From Thainema sp. (lineage in GTDB: Bacteria; Cyanobacteriota; Cyanobacteriia; Phormidesmidales; Phormidesmidaceae), in NCBI GenBank assembly GCA_052168235.1, contig JBQLZK010000079.1:1-24600 (forward strand): a stretch of 24,600 bases of DNA, written 5' to 3'. Positions 8,626 to 17,772 of the stretch are shown here, piece after piece. The notes beneath the pieces were generated by a model. That model saw only the letters and a program-made list of their open reading frames with translations, was not told where the DNA came from and ran no database searches. Position numbers and translations under genes: made by a program. How positions within the stretch are numbered: position 1 is the stretch's first letter; every line of letters starts with the position of its first letter.

Positions 8626-9561
8626 ATGAATCGACGCCATTTCACCGTGTTGTCTACATTGGCTCTGGTCACATCTATAGGGGCTATCAGTTGCACGTCC
8701 TCACCTACAGCTTCTGATAATCAAGCCACGGATGCGGGTCGTCCTGAAGCGACTGTTGGATTGACCGTTTCCGTAGCGGCCAGTGTCCAGGACGCCATGA
8801 AAGACGTGCAGGAGGCATACCAGGCTGAGGAGCCAAACGTTGCGATTACCTACAACTTTGGTTCATCCGGTTCCTTAGCCCAGCAAATTTCTCAAGGGGC
8901 TCCCACCGATATCTTTCTCTCCGCTTCCGAGAAATGGATGGATGACTTAGAAGGGCAAGGGCAAATTTTAGAGGGATCTCGCAAAGACTTGTTGCTGAAT
9001 TCTCTGGTCTTGATTGTGCCCCAGGACAAGACGGACATTACCAACTTCAGCGACTTTGAAACCGATAAAGTCAGCAAACTTGCCTTAGGTGAACCGGAAA
9101 GCGTTCCCGCTGGTAAATACGCCCAGGAAGCGCTGACTGCAATGAACATGTTTGAAGCCCTGCAGCCCAAAATGGTGTTTGGTAAGGATGTGCGGCAGGT
9201 ACTGTCTTACGTTGAGACGGGCAACGTTGATGCCGGTCTAGTGTATGCCACCGATGCCAAAGTGTCTGACCAGGTGCAGGTTATTGCCACTGCTCCTGCC
9301 GATACCCACTCTCCCATCGTTTATCCAGTTGGAGTAGTCGCCGATAGCGAAAATGCCGAAGCCGCCCAATCTTTTGTCGATTTTTTATCCAGTGATACAG
9401 CAGTCGCCATCTTTGAGGAGTACGGTTTCGTTATCGTTTATCCAGTTGGAGTAGTCGCCGATAGCGAAAATGCCGAAGCCGCCCAATCTTTTGTCGATTT
9501 TTTATCCAGTGATACAGCAGTCGCCATCTTTGAGGAGTACGGTTTCGTTATGGCTGAATAA
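8626..9561 (+). CDS. modA: Molybdate ABC transporter substrate-binding lipoprotein with duplicated C-terminal 39 aa
   Basis: Lipoprotein-like signal ending GAISC. Motifs VAASVQDA, NFGSSGSLAQQISQGAP, PESVPAGKYA and DVRQVLSYVETGNVDAGLVYATDA. GGAG Shine-Dalgarno upstream. Confidence 0.95.
   Translation: MNRRHFTVLSTLALVTSIGAISCTSSPTASDNQATDAGRPEATVGLTVSVAASVQDAMKDVQEAYQAEEPNVAITYNFGSSGSLAQQISQGAPTDIFLSASEKWMDDLEGQGQILEGSRKDLLLNSLVLIVPQDKTDITNFSDFETDKVSKLALGEPESVPAGKYAQEALTAMNMFEALQPKMVFGKDVRQVLSYVETGNVDAGLVYATDAKVSDQVQVIATAPADTHSPIVYPVGVVADSENAEAAQSFVDFLSSDTAVAIFEEYGFVIVYPVGVVADSENAEAAQSFVDFLSSDTAVAIFEEYGFVMAE
9316..9549 (+). repeat. Exact 117-bp tandem duplication within modA
   Basis: 9316-9432 is identical to 9433-9549 and encodes IVYPVGVVADSENAEAAQSFVDFLSSDTAVAIFEEYGFV twice. 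Confidence 0.97.
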
Positions 9562-9654
9562 GGAGTTGTGCCTGACTAACTGACAACAGTTCCTTAGTAG
9601 TAGCGCGACCGATCTAACATGCCGGGTTGCCCCATTCCTTAAACCAGCGATCTT

Positions 9655-9679
9655 GTAGGGTGGGCGATGCCCACCTTAC
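9655..9679. repeat. GTAG-type REP-like small palindromic repeat
   Basis: GTAGGGTGGGC-GAT-GCCCACCTTAC forms a near-perfect hairpin. It resembles small dispersed repeats common in cyanobacteria. Confidence 0.75.
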
Positions 9680-9705
9680 CCAGCAAATTAAGCTGGCAGT
9701 GCTAC

Positions 9706-9802
9706 TACTGCTGTGTCAAATCAGTTTTGATGGTTGGTATGCCGTGCTCTGCGCGGCATACCAACCATCAAAACCCACCAAAACAAGGTTGACAAACCAC
9801 TA
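9706..9802. repeat. Small dispersed MITE-like repeat, copy 2
   Basis: Ends TACTGCTGTGTCAA..TTGACAAACCACTA. Inner 24-bp arms at 9724-9747 and 9751-9774 with one G-T mismatch. Confidence 0.85.
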
Positions 9803-9891
9803 CGACAGAATACTTTTTGGGCTTTGTCGGTCAAGTTGCTACGTTTCGGATCACCGTCGCCTCATAATCTATAGAAAATTTAGAAAATTTC

Positions 9892-11934
9892 ATGCCAGCA
9901 GATCTCACTCCCCTCTGGATTTCGCTAAAAACGGCGGCTGTCGCTACTGTTATGGCCGCGTTTTTAGGTATTTTGGTCGCTCGCTGGATGCTGAGCTATC
10001 GCGGAAAGGCCAAGGGCATAATTGATGGAGTGCTCACCCTGCCGTTGGTCCTGCCACCGACAGTAGTGGGGTTTCTGTTACTGCTGTTGTTGGGCAAGAA
10101 TAGTCCAGTTGGGCAATCTCTCAGTCAGCTCGGTATTTCTATTATCTTTACCTGGCCAGCAGCGGTGATTGCGGCGACGGTGGTGGCTTTTCCGCTGATG
10201 TACAAAACGGTGCTGGGTTCGTTTGAGCAGGTGGATCTGACTCTAATCAGCTCTGCCCGCACGCTGGGCGCTTCAGAAGGGCGGATTTTCTGGCAGATTT
10301 TGCTGCCTCTGGCTTGGTCGGGAGTGTTAGCGGGGACGGTGTTGGCCTTTGCCCGTGCCCTGGGAGAATTTGGGGCAACCTTGATGATCGGGGGCAGCAT
10401 TCCCGGTGTGACTCAAACGATTCCGATCGCAATTTTCTTTGCGGCTGAGGCGGGACGCATGGGAGTGGCCTTAGCCTGGGTATTGCTGATGATTGCGGTT
10501 TCGCTGGTGGTGATTGCCGGGATCAACTACGGCAACCGGAGCAAGTTCCATCAGCAAACACCTGTGAATGAATTGGTGAAGCGGGGCTTTAACTGGGTCT
10601 TTTTCAGGACATTGCGAGGCGACCAGTTTAATTTCGCTGCAACGGGAATGCCCGCTCCGGCTCATTCGCTCACAACTGCCTTCAATAAGCCACAGGCTGA
10701 TCGTCCTGTTTTAGCGTCGGGAAATGGCCCAACTCTTACTCTAGTTGGGGAATCAGCTTGGGAAAAATTCACTCCAGGGTCTGAGGCAGAGTGGATGCCC
10801 GTGACTCGCTCAGCGGTGATGCTAGCTCCTCGTCCGGCAGAAGATGCGATCGCAATCTCAACTGAGGCTGAGCTGGTAGTCAACATTGAGAAGCAGGTGT
10901 CAGGATTTCAGCTCAATGTAGGGTTTGCGACCAGCAGCCAGCCCCTGGGATTGTTGGGTGCTTCCGGATCAGGCAAGAGCATGATCCTGCGCTGTATTGC
11001 TGGCCTCGAAACGCCGACTCAGGGCCGGATTGTGCTGAACGGGCGGGTGCTGTTTGACTCCCATAAGCGGATTAATGTGCCAAGTCGCGATCGCAAAATC
11101 GGTCTGGTTTTCCAAAACTACGCGTTGTTTCCGCATCTCACCGTCGCCCAAAATATAGCCTTTGGCATGAACTCTATCCCCCAGCCTCAGCGGGTAGCAG
11201 AGGTGACGAAGTATCTTGATCAGATTGGGTTGACGGGACTAGGCGATCGCTATCCTCATCAGCTTTCAGGAGGACAGCAGCAGCGGGTTGCACTGGCCCG
11301 TGCCCTCGCGATCCAGCCCGATATTCTCTTGCTAGATGAGCCGTTGTCTGCCCTGGACACCTACCTGCGCAGCCACATTGAAAAGCTGCTGATCGAGGTG
11401 CTCTCCCACTACAACGGCATTACCCTGTTCATTACTCACAAACTGGAGGAAGCCTACCGGGTTTGCACCAATTTGCTGGTGCTCTCGGACGGACACATTC
11501 AGGCGGAAGGTACCAAAGAAGAGATTTTTGAACATCCCCCCACCTTTGAGGTGGCCAAGGTCACTGAATGTAAGAACTTCTCCCGTGCCCGACGATTAGA
11601 CGATTATCATATCGAGGCTCTAGACTGGGGCTGCTGTCTTAAAGTCAGTACGCCGATGCCTGCTGACAGTGGCTATGTCGGATTGCGAGCGCATCATATT
11701 AAATGCCTCCTAGAACCCAGTGAGAGCAACACTTTCCCCGGCTGGTTAGCCATGATTACCGAAACTCAGCACCGGGTAACACTTTACATTAAACTCCATA
11801 GTGAACCAAAGTCTCCCCAGGACTATCATCTCCAGGCAGAACTTTATCGCGATCAGTGGGATTTACTCAAAAGCCGCTCATTTCCTTGGCCAATCTGGCT
11901 CGATCCGGATCGCCTGATCCCGATGGCACGCTAA
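9892..11934 (+). CDS. modBC: Fused molybdate ABC permease / ATP-binding protein
   Basis: ModB part: LPLVLPPTVVGFLLL, SARTLGASEGRIF, FARALGEFGAT. ModC part: GASGSGKS, VFQNYALFPHL, LSGGQQQRVALARALA, LLLDEP. This fusion is known in cyanobacteria. Confidence 0.95.
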   Translation: MPADLTPLWISLKTAAVATVMAAFLGILVARWMLSYRGKAKGIIDGVLTLPLVLPPTVVGFLLLLLLGKNSPVGQSLSQLGISIIFTWPAAVIAATVVAFPLMYKTVLGSFEQVDLTLISSARTLGASEGRIFWQILLPLAWSGVLAGTVLAFARALGEFGATLMIGGSIPGVTQTIPIAIFFAAEAGRMGVALAWVLLMIAVSLVVIAGINYGNRSKFHQQTPVNELVKRGFNWVFFRTLRGDQFNFAATGMPAPAHSLTTAFNKPQADRPVLASGNGPTLTLVGESAWEKFTPGSEAEWMPVTRSAVMLAPRPAEDAIAISTEAELVVNIEKQVSGFQLNVGFATSSQPLGLLGASGSGKSMILRCIAGLETPTQGRIVLNGRVLFDSHKRINVPSRDRKIGLVFQNYALFPHLTVAQNIAFGMNSIPQPQRVAEVTKYLDQIGLTGLGDRYPHQLSGGQQQRVALARALAIQPDILLLDEPLSALDTYLRSHIEKLLIEVLSHYNGITLFITHKLEEAYRVCTNLLVLSDGHIQAEGTKEEIFEHPPTFEVAKVTECKNFSRARRLDDYHIEALDWGCCLKVSTPMPADSGYVGLRAHHIKCLLEPSESNTFPGWLAMITETQHRVTLYIKLHSEPKSPQDYHLQAELYRDQWDLLKSRSFPWPIWLDPDRLIPMAR

Positions 11935-12045
11935 GCACAAGTTTTCTGATCCAAGATTGCGACCTGTTAAGTAATTACAGCGCTTTTTTAAGCTTGATAA
12001 AGGGTTGTCTACAAAGCAAAAATGCCTAATTCAACTTTGGTATTT

Positions 12046-12342
12046 ATTGAGAATAAATATTATTTGGCTGCTACTTAAACTGAGATTGAGTACATTGCAG
12101 TTCCTCCAACTACCACATCGTTTTGCTGAAGGTTGGCTGTGTCCTTGATTAATTAGGTTTCCTATCGCTACTTATCTTTCATGACGTTACCCCGTTAAGT
12201 AACTAACCCAACTTTGCGATCGCGAACCGTTTCCATCTCCAACCCTCGCAATTGATTACTTATCTCAAAAAGATCGTTAAATAGCTTTTTAGTGATAAAG
12301 TGATTTTTGTGTCTTGTCGGCAAGTTAGGAATTATTCTCGCT
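12046..12342. promoter_or_regulatory. Three candidate Fur boxes upstream of feoA
   Basis: ATTGAGAATAAATATTATT (12046-12064), ATTGATTACTTATCTCAAA (12251-12269) and GTTAGGAATTATTCTCGCT (12324-12342). Each partially matches the palindrome ATTGAGAAT-N-ATTCTCAAT. Confidence 0.55.
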
Positions 12343-12386
12343 AGGCCATTCGCTTTTCTCCCTCTGTCCTGATTTTGGAGTCTGAT

Positions 12387-13067
12387 ATGGAATTTGATTC
12401 AGCAGTTAATACCGCTTCAGATGCCTCGGTTGATGCTCAATTTTGGAACGTAACGTTTATCGGTGGCACTGCCGACACAGAAGACGCTCCATCACTCCGT
12501 CCTCAGGTTGCCGCTCCAGCTTCAAGTGGAGAAAGTTTGCCTTTGGCGATGACGACGGTTGGAACTCGGGTGTGGATCGTCCAGATTAAAGGCGGGCATC
12601 GGATGGCACGCCGCCTCACCGATTTGGGGATCGTTCAGGGCAGCGAGGTTACCATCGTTAGCCGGACTGAAAGCGGCTCGGTCATCGTAGGACTACAAGG
12701 TTGCCGCATTGGTCTAGGCGCGGGCATGGCACACCGAGTCATGGTCAGCACTGTGCGGCAGGAGGTTTTTCAAATCACAACCCTTCAACAACCGACACAG
12801 CCTGTAAATGGAGATATTGCTATGCCAGCCACTTTACACCTGGATGCCCTCTCAGTGGGTCAATCAGGTCGCATCATTGGCTACGAAAAAGGTCAGCGTG
12901 CCTATCGAGAAAAACTGCTGTCAATGGGACTCACCCCTGGTACCCACTTCACCGTGACTCGCCAAGCTCCGATGGGTGATCCCATCAGCATTGAAGTGCG
13001 CGGCTTTAGGCTCAGTTTGAGAAAAGGGGAAGCGGCAGCGTTACGGGTTGAGGTTATAAGCAGATAA
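12387..13067 (+). CDS. feoA: FeoA protein with two FeoA domains
   Basis: Domain 1: RRLTDLGIVQGSEV..RIGLGAGMAHRVMV. Domain 2: YREKLLSMGLTPG..APMGDPISIEVRGFRLSLRKGEA. ATG 12387 (or TTG 12375) is the likely start. Confidence 0.9.
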   Translation: MEFDSAVNTASDASVDAQFWNVTFIGGTADTEDAPSLRPQVAAPASSGESLPLAMTTVGTRVWIVQIKGGHRMARRLTDLGIVQGSEVTIVSRTESGSVIVGLQGCRIGLGAGMAHRVMVSTVRQEVFQITTLQQPTQPVNGDIAMPATLHLDALSVGQSGRIIGYEKGQRAYREKLLSMGLTPGTHFTVTRQAPMGDPISIEVRGFRLSLRKGEAAALRVEVISR

Positions 13068-13081
13068 TGGAGAGATTCACC

Positions 13082-15409
13082 ATGTCAAACTACACCATTG
13101 CCCTACTTGGCAACCCCAACTGCGGCAAAACAACTCTGTTCAATGCCCTGACTGGAGCGAATCAGCAGGTGGGCAACTGGCCGGGAGTCACTGTTGACCG
13201 CAAAGAGGGCCGCTATCGCTACGGTGATAAAGCGATCACGGTGGTCGATCTGCCCGGTATCTATGCGATTGACTCGGAAGAGGACGGCAGTATTGATGAA
13301 GCCATTGCTCGTGACTATCTGCTATCCGGTACTGCCCAGGTTGTGGTTGATATCGTTGATGCGTCGAATCTAGAGCGTAACCTCTATCTCACCACCCAAA
13401 TTTTGGAAATGGGGGTGCCGTTGGTCATTGCGCTGAATATGGTTGATGTGGCTCAGGATCAGGGTATCCGCGTCAATCCTCATCTCTTATCAGAACGTCT
13501 AGGCTGTCCGGTGGTGCCGCTGGTGGCTTCCCGCGGACAGGGAGTTGATGAGTTACGGAGCTGTCTGGATGAGTTTTTGGTCGCTCCCCATCGTCCGAAA
13601 GCACAGGTCGTGTATCCATCCGTGCTGGAAGAAGCCTTGACGGCGTTGACGCCTGCCTTGGCAACCTCTGGATCCCCAACTCTCCGCGATCGCTGGACGG
13701 CGTTGAAGCTGCTGGAGTATGACGATACCCACGTGCCGGATCTGTCCCATGAGCTGTTGCGTCAAGTGGCTGAACAGCGCCACCGCATCCATCAAGTGTT
13801 GGGAGAAGATATTGACATTGCCGTGGCCGATAGCCGTTATGGCTATGCTCATCGTTTGGTCAACGATATTGCTAATCGTCCTCGTGAGGTCAACCTGACC
13901 CAGTCGGACAAAATCGACCAAGTGGTGCTAAATCGCTGGCTGGGCATTCCCATTTTCCTGGGCGTGATGTATCTGCTGTTTATGTTCGCCATTAATGTCG
14001 GCAGCGCTTTTATTGACTTCTTCGATATCCTCTTCGGCACGATCTTTGTCGATGGCTTTGGCCGACTGCTGGCCGCCATTGGACTGCCGGACATTGTGCA
14101 GGTGGTGCTGGCTAATGGCATGGGCGGCGGTATTCAAACCGTGGCGACTTTTATTCCGGTAATCGCTTGTCTCTTCCTGTTTATGGCGTTTTTGGAAGAC
14201 AGCGGCTACATGGCCCGGGCGGCCTTTGTCATGGATCGCTTTATGCGGTTTGTCGGGCTACCAGGAAAGTCCTTTGTACCGATGCTGGTAGGGTTTGGCT
14301 GTAATGTACCTGCGATTATGGCCACCCGGACGCTGGAGAGCAGGCGCGATCGCATTCTCACTATTTTGATGAATCCGTTCATGTCCTGCGGGGCCAGACT
14401 GCCGGTATATGCCTTGTTCGCAGCTGCATTCTTCCCCCGCGCTGGACAGAATGTGGTCTTCCTGCTCTACCTGATTGGCATGGGCATGGCCGTTGTCACC
14501 GGACTGATCATGAAGTACACCCTGCTGAAAGGCGAAGCGGCTCCCTTTGTAATGGAGCTACCCACCTATCACCTGCCTACCCTTAAGGGAGTGTTGATTC
14601 GAACCTGGGAACGGCTCAAGTCCTTCATTTTGCGAGCAGGGCAGGTGATTGTGATCATGGTGATGGTGCTCAGCTTGCTGAACTCCATTGGTACCGATGG
14701 CTCGATTGGCAACGAAGACAGTGAAAATTCCGTCCTCAGTTCCCTTAGTCAGAGGGTCACCCCAGTCTTTACGCCAATGGGGATCACCCAGGACAACTGG
14801 CCTGCTACGGTCGGTATCTTTACAGGTGTCTTTGCGAAGGAAGCCGTCGTTGGCACGCTCGACTCGCTTTACACTCAGCTGGGCCAAGATGAAGCCCTCG
14901 CTGCCGGAGTCAACGTGGACGAAGCAGAATTTGACTTCTTGGGCAACATCGGCGCAGCCTTTGCCACCATTCCGGCTAACCTGGCTGCCCTCACGGGTAC
15001 ACTGCTCGATCCCCTGGGTTTGTCCGTCGGTAACGTGAGTGATCTAGAAACCGCTGCCGCTGAGCAGGAAGTCGCTTACACTACCTTCGGTCAGATGGCC
15101 CTCCGCTTTGACGGGCGCGTTGGAGCCTTTGCCTATCTGCTGTTTGTGCTGATGTACTTCCCCTGCGTCGCTGCAATGGGAGCCGTCTACCGCGAAACCA
15201 ACGCTGGCTGGACTGCCTTTGTTGGCCTCTGGACCACGGCTCTAGCCTACTGGAGCGCCGTCATGTTCTACCAGGTGATGACCTTCACTCACCATCCTGC
15301 TAGCTCAGCCGCCTGGGTAATTGGCCTGGTCTTAATTGCGATCGCAACTATTATCGCCATGCGGTATTCCAAACCTGCAAGACAGCGGCGGTTGTTGTTG
15401 GGACGGTAG
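13082..15409 (+). CDS. feoB: Ferrous iron transporter B
   Basis: G-domain motifs GNPNCGKT, VGNWPGVTV, DLPG and ALNMVD. Membrane-domain motifs LEDSGYMARAAF, GFGCNVP, FMSCGARLP, FVMELP and YFPCVA. GGAGA precedes ATG 13082. Confidence 0.97.
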   Translation: MSNYTIALLGNPNCGKTTLFNALTGANQQVGNWPGVTVDRKEGRYRYGDKAITVVDLPGIYAIDSEEDGSIDEAIARDYLLSGTAQVVVDIVDASNLERNLYLTTQILEMGVPLVIALNMVDVAQDQGIRVNPHLLSERLGCPVVPLVASRGQGVDELRSCLDEFLVAPHRPKAQVVYPSVLEEALTALTPALATSGSPTLRDRWTALKLLEYDDTHVPDLSHELLRQVAEQRHRIHQVLGEDIDIAVADSRYGYAHRLVNDIANRPREVNLTQSDKIDQVVLNRWLGIPIFLGVMYLLFMFAINVGSAFIDFFDILFGTIFVDGFGRLLAAIGLPDIVQVVLANGMGGGIQTVATFIPVIACLFLFMAFLEDSGYMARAAFVMDRFMRFVGLPGKSFVPMLVGFGCNVPAIMATRTLESRRDRILTILMNPFMSCGARLPVYALFAAAFFPRAGQNVVFLLYLIGMGMAVVTGLIMKYTLLKGEAAPFVMELPTYHLPTLKGVLIRTWERLKSFILRAGQVIVIMVMVLSLLNSIGTDGSIGNEDSENSVLSSLSQRVTPVFTPMGITQDNWPATVGIFTGVFAKEAVVGTLDSLYTQLGQDEALAAGVNVDEAEFDFLGNIGAAFATIPANLAALTGTLLDPLGLSVGNVSDLETAAAEQEVAYTTFGQMALRFDGRVGAFAYLLFVLMYFPCVAAMGAVYRETNAGWTAFVGLWTTALAYWSAVMFYQVMTFTHHPASSAAWVIGLVLIAIATIIAMRYSKPARQRRLLLGR

Positions 15410-15421
15410 GGAAGAGTGAGA

Positions 15422-15728
15422 GGGTGGATGGGTGGATGAGTAGATGGGTGGATGGGTGCTAGGTACTGGATATTAGGTGTTGGGTTTTAGGTTCTGGGAG
15501 CTAAAAAATATCACTGAACATCACATCTAATGCCCAGCACTTCGTCACTCTAGCCTGGTACCTAATACCTAATACCTAGCACCCAATACCCCAAAAACTC
15601 ACTCCCTCTAAACCTAGTATCCAGAACCCAACACCCACCCATCTACCCATCCACCCATCCACCCATCCACCCATCCACCCATCCACCCATCTACTCATCC
15701 ACCCATCTACCCATCCACCCATCCACCC
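15422..15728. repeat. Short tandem repeats (octamer and heptamer) arranged as nested inverted arms
   Basis: Left side: GGGTGGAT-type octamers, then TAGGTAC/TAGGTGT/TGGGTTT heptamers. Right side: CCTAATA/CCTAGCA/CCCAATA heptamers, then 11 ACCCATCC-type octamers (15637-15724). Confidence 0.9.
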
Positions 15729-15739
15729 CTTTTCCCAAA

Positions 15740-15958
15740 ATGCTCCGCGACCTCCAAACCTACATCGCTCACCACGGCACGGTTTCCATTGCTGACCTGT
15801 CCTTACACTTTCACACTGATGGTCAGGCTATTCAACCCATGTTGACTAAGCTGAGCCGCAAAGGCCGCATTCGCAAATTGCCCGCCCCTGAGAAGTGTGC
15901 AAACTGTACCTGTTGCGACTTGAGTAGTTTGGAGTGCTATGAGTGGATAGGAAAGTGA
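15740..15958 (+). CDS. feoC: FeoC-like winged-helix protein
   Basis: [37 protein letters not shown] followed by a Cys cluster CANCTCC; lies directly after feoB. Confidence 0.88.
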   Translation: MLRDLQTYIAHHGTVSIADLSLHFHTDGQAIQPMLTKLSRKGRIRKLPAPEKCANCTCCDLSSLECYEWIGK

Positions 15959-16134
15959 ATGTTGAGTTCCAAGTTGTAAGCTATAGCCGTAGCAATATTG
16001 GTGTAGCAACATTGGTTAGGAGATCAGAAAATTCTGAAAACGTTCAAACGTTCGATTGTCTACTCAACCTAAATAGCGATAGCCGTAAGAACTCAACCTT
16101 CATAACTCACAACTTTATTCATCAAGGAAAACCG

Positions 16135-16680
16135 ATGCTTTCTCAATCCATGACCGATCGCCTCAACAAGCAAATCAATCTGGAGATGTACTCTTCCCAT
16201 CTGTATCTGCAAATGAGTTCCTGGTGTGCTTACCAGTCTTTGGATGGCTGCGAAGAATTTTTGCGGCTGCATGCTCAGGAAGAAGCGGGACATATGCATC
16301 GCTTACTCAGCTACATGCACGAGACTGGGGCATTCGTTGTCCTGGGCGGGATGGATGCACCGCCGACGCAGTTCGACTCACTGCAGGAGCTATTTGAGCG
16401 CATTTATGAGCACGAACAGTTCATTACCCGCAACATTAATGAGCTGGTACATTTCGCAAATACTGAGCCTGATTACTCAACACTGCAGTTTTTGCAGTGG
16501 TACGTAGCAGAGCAGCACCAGGAGGAGTTTTTGTTTAAGGGCATTCTGGACAAAATCAAGCTAATCGGCACCGAAGGTCAGGGACTGTTTTTGATTGATC
16601 AGGAAGTTGGCCGGCTGGCAAAGTCCCCGGCCAAAGAGGCAACATCTATGACGACGCCATCAACGACAGCAACCGTCTAA
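16135..16680 (+). CDS. ftnA: Non-heme ferritin
   Basis: LNKQINLEMYSSHLYLQMSSWC, HAQEEAGHM, YEHEQFIT and FLQWYVAEQHQEE show the ferroxidase-centre pattern. AAGGA precedes ATG 16135. Confidence 0.93.
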   Translation: MLSQSMTDRLNKQINLEMYSSHLYLQMSSWCAYQSLDGCEEFLRLHAQEEAGHMHRLLSYMHETGAFVVLGGMDAPPTQFDSLQELFERIYEHEQFITRNINELVHFANTEPDYSTLQFLQWYVAEQHQEEFLFKGILDKIKLIGTEGQGLFLIDQEVGRLAKSPAKEATSMTTPSTTATV

Positions 16681-16794
16681 GTTGACGGGGGTTACGATAG
16701 GCGAACTCAATGATGGAAAATAACCTTATCGTCATACAATGATGCAGTGGGTGTCTTGCCATACACTCACATCCGGACAAGGAGACGACACATT

Positions 16795-17115
16795 ATGTTG
16801 AATACACAAAGGCCCATTGGCTTGAGGGCTCATGTAGCGGAGTTGGCCAATAATCCCAATACTAAAGCTCTGGTGATTGGCGTAACGGCGGTGGCGATCA
16901 CACCAATTGTACTGCCGCTTGTGAAGCCCGCTCTGAAAGCAACAATTAAGTCAGGGGTGACGCTGTACGAAAAAGCAAAGATTGCGATCGCAGAAACGGG
17001 TGAAGTGCTAGCCGATGTCGCTGCAGAAGCCCGAGCCGAAGTACATGCAGGCTCTCAAAAGCAAGCGACCTTACCCGCAGCTGCTGCATCGTCTGAGTCT
17101 GGCCCTACAGGTTAG
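16795..17115 (+). CDS. DUF5132-like small membrane protein
   Basis: Hydrophobic ALVIGVTAVAITPIVLP, then KPALKATIKSGVTLYEKAK..AETGEVLADVAAEARAE, the pattern I recognise for DUF5132. AGGAG lies upstream of ATG 16795. Confidence 0.75.
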   Translation: MLNTQRPIGLRAHVAELANNPNTKALVIGVTAVAITPIVLPLVKPALKATIKSGVTLYEKAKIAIAETGEVLADVAAEARAEVHAGSQKQATLPAAAASSESGPTG

Positions 17116-17135
17116 ACATCAGAAGCGTAATTGAG

Positions 17136-17183
17136 AAAGGGCATGGGCTGCCGTCGTACCGTGGCGGGAGCCCATGCCCTTTT
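17136..17183. terminator. Hairpin, probable bidirectional terminator between convergent genes
   Basis: AAAGGGCATGGGCT (17136-17149) pairs with AGCCCATGCCCTTT (17169-17182). Confidence 0.75.
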
Positions 17184-17201
17184 AAGCTGCTTGGAGGCGA
17201 A

Positions 17202-17480
17202 TTAGGCGGCCAGTCTGTCGGATTCAGTATTGGCGACAGACAGTGCAGGTCGAGCTTCGGTATGACCTGCGGACATCTGCTTTTGCTTAACCCAATCCGA
17301 TAGGCTCATGCCCGGACAATAGGGAGAAGCAGACTGGCTGTGTGCTTTGGACAATAGCTTTGGCCCAAGTAGCAAAGCACCTAGACTAACTAGAGTCAAC
17401 GGGCCACCTAGATGACCATCTTCCAAAATCTCTTTGAAGTGGAAGGTGATAACTGATTTGTCGAGATGGATTAAAGACAT
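17202..17480 (-). CDS. Small hypothetical membrane protein; N-terminus resembles DUF5132-type proteins
   Basis: EILEDGHLGGPLTLVSLGALLLGPKLL is a Gly-rich hydrophobic segment ending in Pro, like the neighbouring protein. Confidence 0.55.
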   Translation of the reverse strand: MSLIHLDKSVITFHFKEILEDGHLGGPLTLVSLGALLLGPKLLSKAHSQSASPYCPGMSLSDWVKQKQMSAGHTEARPALSVANTESDRLAA

Positions 17481-17530
17481 AACATCACCGAGGCAGTAGC
17501 AGAACAGCAGGTTAAGCCAAGATTATTTAA

Positions 17531-17545
17531 TGAATAAGATTATCA
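17531..17545. promoter_or_regulatory. Candidate Fur box upstream of the 17480 ORF
   Basis: The minus strand reads TGATAAT-C-TTATTCA versus the 7-1-7 consensus TGATAAT-N-ATTATCA. Confidence 0.45.
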
Positions 17546-17772
17546 GTTAATTGATCGATGATTAATCGCTGATTGATAGACTTCGGCAAAGCCTTAAAAA
17601 TCGTATTAGATCGTCTGGGTAGCAAGAAACCCTTGAATTGTAGCCTTCTATGTACTGAAAACTGATTCAGTCATCGTTTAGCTAATTCAATCTGTTGCTT
17701 TTCAGCTTAGCAGAAAGCATATTCTTGATGCAATATCCTCGCAATAAGCAATTATATCTAAGTTTTGACTTT

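Noticed and set aside
9627..10025. 132-aa ORF between modA and modBC
   Set aside because: It runs through REP/MITE hairpins, overlaps modBC out of frame and has no recognisable motif.
15422..15728. Possible CRISPR array
   Set aside because: Units are 7-8 bp tandem repeats with no unique spacers, and there are no cas genes in the window.
15943..16134. N-terminal extension of ferritin from the ORF track
   Set aside because: It overlaps feoC and is AT-rich and intergenic-like. Ferritin similarity and an SD sequence start at 16135.
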